NCBI GenBank assembly: GCA_964493895.1
Contig: CAZBPY010000001.1
Span: 27,233-91,232 of the forward strand
DNA length: 64,000 bases
Source of the DNA: an uncultured Candidatus Saccharibacteria bacterium
GTDB lineage: Bacteria; Patescibacteriota; Saccharimonadia; Saccharimonadales; JAGQNJ01
Reading direction: 5' to 3'
A program made the position numbers and the translations under genes. Positions 1 through 6,159 of this stretch are shown piece after piece (position 1 is the stretch's first letter; every line of letters begins with the position of its first letter). The notes beneath the pieces are model-generated. The model did not search any database and had not been told where the DNA came from. It saw only the letters and a list, made by a program, of their open reading frames with translations.

Positions 1-433
1 CGGCACCTAAATCTAGCTGGATCTGCATCGACTTTTCAGGGGTAATCATAATTCTGTCACCAGTAGCCGGGTCGTGGAATGCCACCCCCTCCTCGGTAAT
101 CTTACGGCGATGAGCCAGGGAAAACACCTGAAAACCGCCCGAATCAGTCAGAATCGGGCCAGATCGGCCGGAAAAAGCGTGCAAACCTCCCAAAGATTTT
201 ACGACTTTCTCTCCAGGGCTCAAGTGCAGGTGGTAAGTATTTGCCAGGACTACCTGAACACCGGTATCAGCCACTTGTTGTGGCGTTAACCCCTTTACCG
301 CTCCGCGTGTCCCATCAGGCATAAAAGTCGGTGTCAGGACGTCTCCGGCCCGAGTGTGTAAAATACCACGTCGTATACCATTTGTGGTATCAAGCAGTTT
401 GAAAACAGGGGTTTTTATTGTGGGTTTAGGCAT
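1..433 (-). CDS. tgt: queuine tRNA-ribosyltransferase, N-terminal ~144 aa (gene continues past left edge)
   Basis: Absent from ORF track (no stop in window). Manual minus-strand translation from ATG 433-431: [78 protein letters not shown]...[16 protein letters not shown]. Matches Tgt signature blocks (FMPxGTxGxVKG, [16 protein letters not shown]). Confidence 0.85.
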   Translation of the reverse strand, partial: MPKPTIKTPVFKLLDTTNGIRRGILHTRAGDVLTPTFMPDGTRGAVKGLTPQQVADTGVQVVLANTYHLHLSPGEKVVKSLGGLHAFSGRSGPILTDSGGFQVFSLAHRRKITEEGVAFHDPATGDRIMITPEKSMQIQLDLGA

Positions 434-464
434 TAATCCAGTATAGCATCCTACCCACAGACTA

Positions 465-493
465 TTGACATGAACAACCCACTCTGCTAAATT
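465..493 (+). promoter_or_regulatory. sigma70-type promoter TTGACA-N17-TAAATT
   Basis: TTGACA at 465-470, 17-nt spacer, TAAATT at 488-493. Overlaps back-to-back with the tgt extended -10 (TGCTATACT, minus strand, 440-448). Confidence 0.5.
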
Positions 494-499
494 GGTTAG

Positions 500-696
500 G
501 TTAAACGAGGCTCATGTGTGAGTAACAACAGACGTAAGTCTTCTTTAGAGGACTTTCAGCTGTTCTATGAGGAACTCGTGTTCGTAACCGGTATTCGCCG
601 GACTCAGCGAATTCGACGCCCGCGTAGCACAGTGGCTGCCGTTAAATAACGAGGTAGTTTAACAGATCCCGCCAGTTTGAGAGATGGCGGGATTTT
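500..696 (+). ncRNA. candidate ~200 nt non-coding RNA or leader of unknown class
   Basis: Bounded by the promoter at 465-493 and the terminator at 667-696. Stop codons in all three plus frames every <60 nt. Local hairpin AAGTCTTC/GAGGACTT (536-555). Possible closing helix GTTAAAC (500-506) / GTTTAAC (657-663). I recognised no Rfam-class signature. Confidence 0.35.
667..696 (+). terminator. intrinsic terminator hairpin
   Basis: 8-bp stem TCCCGCCA (667-674) / TGGCGGGA (685-692), 10-nt loop, followed by TTTT (693-696). Confidence 0.55.
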
Positions 697-776
697 AAAT
701 GTCCGAGGGAGTTTCCCCACATCCCAAGCAGAGTTTTCCACTTGTTCTTTTCATTGCCGCATGTCAATATGTTGAC

Positions 777-1181
777 ATGGTTTGCCTATATTGTGGCTCA
801 AAATTAGCCGTCAGCAACTCCCGCCGTCAGAAAAGGACCAACTCAGTGTGGCGGCGACGAACTTGTCCGACCTGCAAAGCAATTTTTACCTCTATTGAAT
901 CGATTGACCAAACAGCTAACTTAGCCTACCAAGGGCGTTCAAAGCATTTACAGCCCTTTTCAGGCGACAAAATATACATAAGCGTCTATGAGGCTTGTCG
1001 GCACCGAAAAACCGCTCCAGAGGACGCCAGACACCTCACGGACACTATAATTAAGCAATTGCTGGGTGCAAAACACTCGGCTGTCATTAGACGGCACCAT
1101 GTCGTGACCGTAACCCTTGGAGCCCTAGAAAGATTCGACCGGACAGCTGCTCTGCAGTACCAGGCCTACCATCCCTTGTAA
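777..1181 (+). CDS. nrdR: transcriptional repressor NrdR (zinc ribbon + ATP-cone)
   Basis: From internal ATG 777: MVCLYCGSKLAVSNSR...WRRRTCPTCKAIFTSIE aligns with the NrdR N-terminus (MxCPxC...RRRRxCxxCxxRFTTxE). The 26 aa upstream in the track ORF (699) are unlike NrdR. TGtCAATAT lies 6 nt upstream of ATG 777. Confidence 0.8.
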   Translation: MVCLYCGSKLAVSNSRRQKRTNSVWRRRTCPTCKAIFTSIESIDQTANLAYQGRSKHLQPFSGDKIYISVYEACRHRKTAPEDARHLTDTIIKQLLGAKHSAVIRRHHVVTVTLGALERFDRTAALQYQAYHPL

Positions 1182-2777
1182 CTACTTTTTGACAGCCTTC
1201 TCTGTTAGGTCGAATTTCTCAAGATAACGCCCCAACATCAGGCGGGTCTGCGAAGTCAGAGCCGCTAAGGAGTTAAATCCAATTGTAGTCAGAGGCAATA
1301 GCACCCACTGGATCATCATTAATAAAGTACGATGACGCTTGTAGCGAGCTGGTTTAGGCGGCAAAGTCTTAAAGCTAAGGAAGAAAGTGATCAAAATACC
1401 AGTCAAAGCAATGGTCTGAATTCGGCTGGCAATGATCGGTAACTGATTGGCGGCGTAGCTTTCGGCGTTAAAAAACACGGGGATAAATGCTGCAAAAGCC
1501 AGAATCAGCGGTGAAGTCGCCCATGAGATATGACCCTCTAGCAATCGGCCAAACTTTAGTAGTCTATCGATTTTTGGAATTTTATTAGGAGTAAAGAAGG
1601 CATTATTGGCCACATAGGCGATATCTGAGGCTCCGTAAGCCCAGCGGCGAATTTGAATGAACTGAGCTTTAAAAGTTTTTAGGTATTTATCAGATAGCAC
1701 GGCGTCCTGATAGATAGGAACGTAAATCGGGTAGACATCGTAATTACCTTCGAACTTGAAGTAACTTCGCCAGAACTGATGACCATCTTCGACTATAGTG
1801 CGGACTGACCAGTAGTCCATCTCGATCAGAGCCTGCATACTCTGGGCATGTGATGAGAAGTTACGCAGCATGTGCGGACGCATCGATAAAGTCAAATTCC
1901 AAAACGAGTTACCGGTGGCAATTACTCGCATTGGCGCTGGAGCATCCCAAATATTATTGGGGTAGCTAATGGTCGGCTGGTAGGAAACGTGGATTGGATC
2001 AGCCGAAGCTGCCACTGTGTAAGTCAGAGCAGCAAAATAATGCCGATGCGGCCGGTTATCAGCATCCAAAGTCGTAACGATAACGGTTTTGGGATCAATC
2101 CCCTCTTTTTTGAGGTATTTGTGCATCTCTCGAGCTGAATGAGTAATGTTGCCACCCTTACCGATAACTTCGTTGGGCTGATCGACATGTTTGGTAGCAG
2201 CCATGTATCTGAAGTGTTTGCTAAAGTTTTTGACCAGTTTTAAGTTGCGCTCTTCCACCTCTGGCCCGCCGCGCTCTTCATAGGCTAAATAGACAATCAT
2301 TTTCTTGGAGTCGTAACTGGAGTCAATTAGCGATTGCAGGGTTGGCTCTAGCACTTCCCGACTTTCGTTCCAGTTGGCAATAATTACAGCGTGGACGACT
2401 TCACTAGGTTTCAGAGGAGTTGGATTTTGTGAGACTCGGTCAATTACCTCTTTGTGCCACTTGGGAATAGTTTTGGATTTTGGTGAAGCTTCTAATTTTT
2501 CTAGCTCATCAATCATCCTCAGCCAATCATAGCGAAGGTGCTTTTGCTGAATATGATAGCCCTGGATCACTCGAACGTTCAGCCCAATAGCCCGCACAAA
2601 CCACATTAGAAAGAAAGCAATTATGATAATGGCCGTGATGTTGGGATTTATCAGACTCAACCAGACCGGAGCCAGCAGAATTGTCCAGCTAATTACCCCA
2701 GGCAAAATCTCAAACAGCCGATAGCGCCGGGTTTTCTCTGATTTAAGCGGGATTTCGATCTGAGAGTTAGTCATCAC
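1182..2777 (-). CDS. membrane-embedded family-2 glycosyltransferase, processive synthase type
   Basis: N- and C-terminal TM segments flank a GT-A core with TLDADN (D,D), VEDGHQFW (ED) and QIRRWAYG (QxxRW) motifs, as in cellulose/chitin/hyaluronan-type synthases. Confidence 0.75.
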   Translation of the reverse strand: MMTNSQIEIPLKSEKTRRYRLFEILPGVISWTILLAPVWLSLINPNITAIIIIAFFLMWFVRAIGLNVRVIQGYHIQQKHLRYDWLRMIDELEKLEASPKSKTIPKWHKEVIDRVSQNPTPLKPSEVVHAVIIANWNESREVLEPTLQSLIDSSYDSKKMIVYLAYEERGGPEVEERNLKLVKNFSKHFRYMAATKHVDQPNEVIGKGGNITHSAREMHKYLKKEGIDPKTVIVTTLDADNRPHRHYFAALTYTVAASADPIHVSYQPTISYPNNIWDAPAPMRVIATGNSFWNLTLSMRPHMLRNFSSHAQSMQALIEMDYWSVRTIVEDGHQFWRSYFKFEGNYDVYPIYVPIYQDAVLSDKYLKTFKAQFIQIRRWAYGASDIAYVANNAFFTPNKIPKIDRLLKFGRLLEGHISWATSPLILAFAAFIPVFFNAESYAANQLPIIASRIQTIALTGILITFFLSFKTLPPKPARYKRHRTLLMMIQWVLLPLTTIGFNSLAALTSQTRLMLGRYLEKFDLTEKAVKK

Positions 2778-2786
2778 GTCCCAAAT

Positions 2787-3146
2787 TTAACGCAAAGTTA
2801 ATAATGCATTGGTCACAATTAGGGTCAGGACAATCAATAAAGTGCTAAGGGCTAGAATTACCAGCGCATAGCGGCGGTGCATTTCGTAAATCCGCATGCT
2901 CAGCAAGGTGTTACCAACCAGAACCAAGACTCCGAACAAAATAAATGACCAAAAGGTCGTAGCCGAGCCAACCTCAAAACCACTCAGGCCCAAATTAGCT
3001 CTATACTGAACGATAAAACTGTCCGCCCTACCGGTGTCCAGACGCAGCAACACCAAGACGGTATTAAGTAGCACCACGAAGGTGTTGACGCTTAGCAAAA
3101 GCAATATCAAGCGATCATGAAAATACTTTTCAGGAACTTGGATCAT
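2787..3146 (-). CDS. small polytopic membrane protein (about 4 TM), unknown function, upstream partner of the GT2 gene
   Basis: Hydrophobic 119-aa ORF 10 nt upstream of the GT2 start. TATACT (3154-3159) lies 7 nt upstream of ATG 3146-3144. The track start (TTG 3149) is one codon earlier. Confidence 0.5.
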   Translation of the reverse strand: MIQVPEKYFHDRLILLLLSVNTFVVLLNTVLVLLRLDTGRADSFIVQYRANLGLSGFEVGSATTFWSFILFGVLVLVGNTLLSMRIYEMHRRYALVILALSTLLIVLTLIVTNALLTLR

Positions 3147-3213
3147 CAAGCCTAGTATACGGTTTTACCCATAATACGTCCACTGGTAAAATCTGCTAAA
3201 ATAGCATCGATTT

Positions 3214-3289
3214 GCCACCTTAGCTCAGTTGGTAGAGCATCGCATTCGTAACGCGAAGGTCAGCGGTTCGACCCCGCTAGGTGGCTCCA
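3214..3289 (+). tRNA. tRNA-Thr (anticodon CGU), CCA encoded
   Basis: Manual cloverleaf: acceptor GCCACCT/AGGTGGC, D arm GCTC-AGTTGGTA-GAGC, anticodon loop TTCGTAA, T arm AGCGG-TTCGACC-CCGCT, discriminator T, CCA 3287-3289. Confidence 0.9.
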
Positions 3290-3356
3290 TATTTTAGCAA
3301 TCGCCTCTGTTGCTAATCTTAAGGAAAACTGCTAAGATTGCATCTGTTATAGGCGT

Positions 3357-3434
3357 GGGCTCGTAGTGAAGTTGGCCTATCACGTCTCCCTGTCACGGAG
3401 AAGATCGCCGGTTCGAATCCGGTCGGGCCCGCCA
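3357..3434 (+). tRNA. tRNA-Asp (anticodon GUC), CCA encoded
   Basis: Acceptor GGGCTCG/CGGGCCC, D arm GTGA..TCAC, anticodon stem TCTCC/GGAGA with loop CTGTCAC, T arm GCCGG-TTCGAAT-CCGGT, discriminator G, CCA 3432-3434. Confidence 0.9.
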
Positions 3435-3449
3435 GTAGAAATAAAGATG

Positions 3450-3468
3450 CCTCCGTCCGGGGGTTTTT
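3450..3468 (+). terminator. short intrinsic terminator after the tRNA pair
   Basis: CCTCC / GGGGG 5-bp stem (one G-U) with GTCC loop, followed by TTTTTATTTTT. Confidence 0.45.
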
Positions 3469-3572
3469 ATTTTTGACGGTGCTTGGCTAGTGAAGCCGGG
3501 CGGAGATAGTTTAACGCTTGTGCTTGCAGCCATCTTTCCCTACAATAAGGCTGATATTAAGTGAGGGAAAAT

Positions 3573-4037
3573 ATGGAACATCTAAAACAGCATATATTTG
3601 GTACGACAAAAAAACCGGGTTGGGGTGATAAATTTGTTGTAATTGTGCTAGTCCTGTCTGTTGTGCTAGTCTCAGTTGCATCAGTGGTAACACTATTTGT
3701 AGGTAAAGATCGCGGCAAGATCGATGAAAATACCTATCAAGTAGTTGTTCTAGCAAATGGTCAGTCTTATTTTGGTCAGCTTGATGATATTAACGATGAG
3801 TATGTGACTTTGACCGATGTATTTTACCTGCAATCCCAACAAGCACAGCAAGCCAATGATCAGGAAGAACAGGACCAAGACAATCAGACTCAATTACAGC
3901 TAACTCGTTTGGGCGGCGAGATACATCAACCGCAAAACCAAATGTTTATTGCCAAGACAAATATCAGCTACTGGGAGAATTTAAAGCCAGATAGCAAAGT
4001 CGTCAAATCGATTCAAGACTATTACAACAAACAATAA
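3573..4037 (+). CDS. hypothetical N-terminally anchored protein with Q/D/E-rich middle
   Basis: ORF with one TM (FVVIVLVLSVVLVSVASVV). GAGGG Shine-Dalgarno 8 nt upstream of ATG 3573; TACAAT at 3541-3546. The track start GTG 3561 lies inside the SD. Confidence 0.5.
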   Translation: MEHLKQHIFGTTKKPGWGDKFVVIVLVLSVVLVSVASVVTLFVGKDRGKIDENTYQVVVLANGQSYFGQLDDINDEYVTLTDVFYLQSQQAQQANDQEEQDQDNQTQLQLTRLGGEIHQPQNQMFIAKTNISYWENLKPDSKVVKSIQDYYNKQ

Positions 4038-4049
4038 TTGAAAATTGGA

Positions 4050-5558
4050 TTAGTAAACCACCGGTTGACTACACTCTTGACCCTTGCAATTGCGTAATTT
4101 GTTCAGATGGGTTCGGAGCTTGTTGAGTAGATTTTGATGATTGGACGAGGCGTGCAGGCTTTGCAGTTGATACGGATCGGTTTTTAGATCATAAAGCTCT
4201 TGTTCGTCGGTGCTCCAGCGAATGTATACATAGCGGTCTGTACGAACACCCTCCCAGCCATAGGATTGAGTATCGGCATCCCACTGTCCTTGAATGAGAA
4301 TTGCCCTGGAGTTGGTGTAATTTGGATTATTTAAGAAGTTAGTCAGCGATATTCCATCTTGAAGTCGGCTATAGTTTTTGTTTACTCGTGCTAGATCTAG
4401 TATTGTCGCAGCTATGTCCACGTTGGATACCAACTTATCACTGGTAGCTTTTTTGGCTATGCCTGGGCCGCGAATAATCATCGGTACCCTGATGATTTCT
4501 TCATATGGCCAATCTTTACCGAAGGTTATTCTATGTTCGCCATGAGCGAAACCATTATCAGACATAAATATAAAGTAGGTATTGTTTATCTCACCTGCTT
4601 CTCTAACTGCCCGAACAATTTTCGACACCGCTTCATCGACAGATTTGAGGGCTTCGCACTCTCGCCGATAGGTGCGAGTGATCAGTTTTCCGTGCCGAGT
4701 GCGGTCAGTGATTGGCATACTAGCAATAATATGTGGCTTATCTGAAACATCAGCCTCCATGTAGGCAGGGCTTTGCGGTACGGGCATGCCCGCCCCAAGC
4801 CCACGATGACGTGGGGCTGGTGTAGCCGTGCCATCACGCGAAGAGTGTGGTGCCCACGGTGTAAAGAGGAGGAAAAAAGGTCGATTACGGGCGGATTGAT
4901 TTTTAATTGCTGTTACAGCTCTATTCCTAAGCACATCTGTTAGATAGTCTTTTTTTCTGCTGCCGTACAGAGTGCGTTTGCCATTATGGTTAATGTAGTA
5001 ATTATAATAATCGTTTTTTCGTCCGTTTACGACAAAAGAGTGCCAATTGGTCCAGCCTGGTTGTTTTCCGGCTGTTGCTGGGGTGCCGTTTAGATACTTG
5101 CCAATCAAGGTAGTTGAATATCCGGACCTGCTTAGGGCACTGGCTAGGGTTGTACTTTGATCGGTTGCCCTAAAAACAGAGAAGCCGCCATCGGGTTTAC
5201 CATTGCTACGCACCTGGTTGTTTTGATCATACTGACCGGTCATGAGAGTGGCTCGAGATGGACAACATAAGGGGTGGCTAATTATAAAATTGGTAAATGT
5301 GGTACCCTGCCCCGCCATCAGTTGACGAGTTTTCTTCATATGATCAAGGTGTTGATAGCTCATATCGTCAACCATGATTACCACAAAGTTTGGCCGTGAA
5401 GTCGAGGTGATTTCGGCAGTAACAGCCGAGAATGGCCACACTTGCAGCAAATTTATGCTTGACAGGTTGCCCAACATTAACAAGAGTGCGACTAATCCGC
5501 CTACGATCAGTAATCGAGACGGGCTGAGGCGTAAACCTTGAGATGATAGTGTAGGCAT
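4050..5558 (-). CDS. Cys-type (formylglycine) sulfatase, N-acetylglucosamine-6-sulfatase-like, exported
   Basis: N-terminal TM/signal. Metal-binding block VVIMVDDMS. FGly signature PLCCPSRATLMTGQ (C-x-P-x-R). Block DYYNYYINHNGK...DYLTDVL resembles the GNS-type YYNYTLSINGK...DYLTDVL as I recall it. Confidence 0.85.
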   Translation of the reverse strand: MPTLSSQGLRLSPSRLLIVGGLVALLLMLGNLSSINLLQVWPFSAVTAEITSTSRPNFVVIMVDDMSYQHLDHMKKTRQLMAGQGTTFTNFIISHPLCCPSRATLMTGQYDQNNQVRSNGKPDGGFSVFRATDQSTTLASALSRSGYSTTLIGKYLNGTPATAGKQPGWTNWHSFVVNGRKNDYYNYYINHNGKRTLYGSRKKDYLTDVLRNRAVTAIKNQSARNRPFFLLFTPWAPHSSRDGTATPAPRHRGLGAGMPVPQSPAYMEADVSDKPHIIASMPITDRTRHGKLITRTYRRECEALKSVDEAVSKIVRAVREAGEINNTYFIFMSDNGFAHGEHRITFGKDWPYEEIIRVPMIIRGPGIAKKATSDKLVSNVDIAATILDLARVNKNYSRLQDGISLTNFLNNPNYTNSRAILIQGQWDADTQSYGWEGVRTDRYVYIRWSTDEQELYDLKTDPYQLQSLHASSNHQNLLNKLRTHLNKLRNCKGQECSQPVVY

Positions 5559-5655
5559 GTTTTTATTTTAATATGAACACCACAATTATAACACAGCTGG
5601 GTCTGGGTTACAACATTGTGTTGTCCACCTAAGAGGGATACAATGCCTGTCAGCT

Positions 5656-6159
5656 ATGCAGGCAAGCAATAAAACCAACAAAAAGATAGTTGTTATTAGT
5701 GCTATAGGGATATTAAATCTTGCCTTGATCTCTGTTGTTGTCTACCTATTGTTGTTTAGGCCACAACGAATTGAGCTGCCGACAGATATGGCCACACAAG
5801 CCACCTATCAGTTGTATGTACCCAGCAATTTGCCTAAAGGTTATGCTTATGACAACGACAGTCCCTATTTTAGCGAGGGAGTCTTTGGCTACACTGTGAC
5901 TGGCCCAAACAGTGAAAAGATATTTATAACTCAACAGGCTCGACCTAAAGACTTTGATTTTGAGCAATTTTATCTTAGCCATTTTTTTAAACGCTATGAG
6001 CAATTGACCGAGGCCGGAAAAACCACTTTCGGAGAAATAAATTTCCGATCAAAGGTTTTTAGCATTGAAGCTGGTGATACTTGGATATTTGCCAACGGTG
6101 ATCTCAGTCTAAGTAATCAGGCTATGGAAGATGTCGCCCGAAGTCTCAAGCGCTATTAG
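5656..6159 (+). CDS. hypothetical N-terminally anchored protein
   Basis: 167-aa ORF with a single N-terminal TM. TTGTGT-N17-TACAAT promoter-like sequence ends 11 nt upstream of the ATG. Confidence 0.5.
   Translation: MQASNKTNKKIVVISAIGILNLALISVVVYLLLFRPQRIELPTDMATQATYQLYVPSNLPKGYAYDNDSPYFSEGVFGYTVTGPNSEKIFITQQARPKDFDFEQFYLSHFFKRYEQLTEAGKTTFGEINFRSKVFSIEAGDTWIFANGDLSLSNQAMEDVARSLKRY

Noticed and set aside
601-625. GGACTCAGCGAATTCGACGCCCGCG resembles the tmRNA 5' segment (GGGGCUGAUUCUGGAUUCGACG).
   Set aside because: There is no T-arm (GGTTCGAnTCC), no acceptor 3' strand or CCA, and no tag reading frame within the 200-nt unit. The similarity is short and probably fortuitous.
3511-3756. 81-aa minus-strand ORF overlapping the start of the 3573-4037 gene.
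   Set aside because: It runs antisense across the promoter, SD and N-terminus of a better-supported plus-strand gene. It has no start signals and a non-protein-like sequence.
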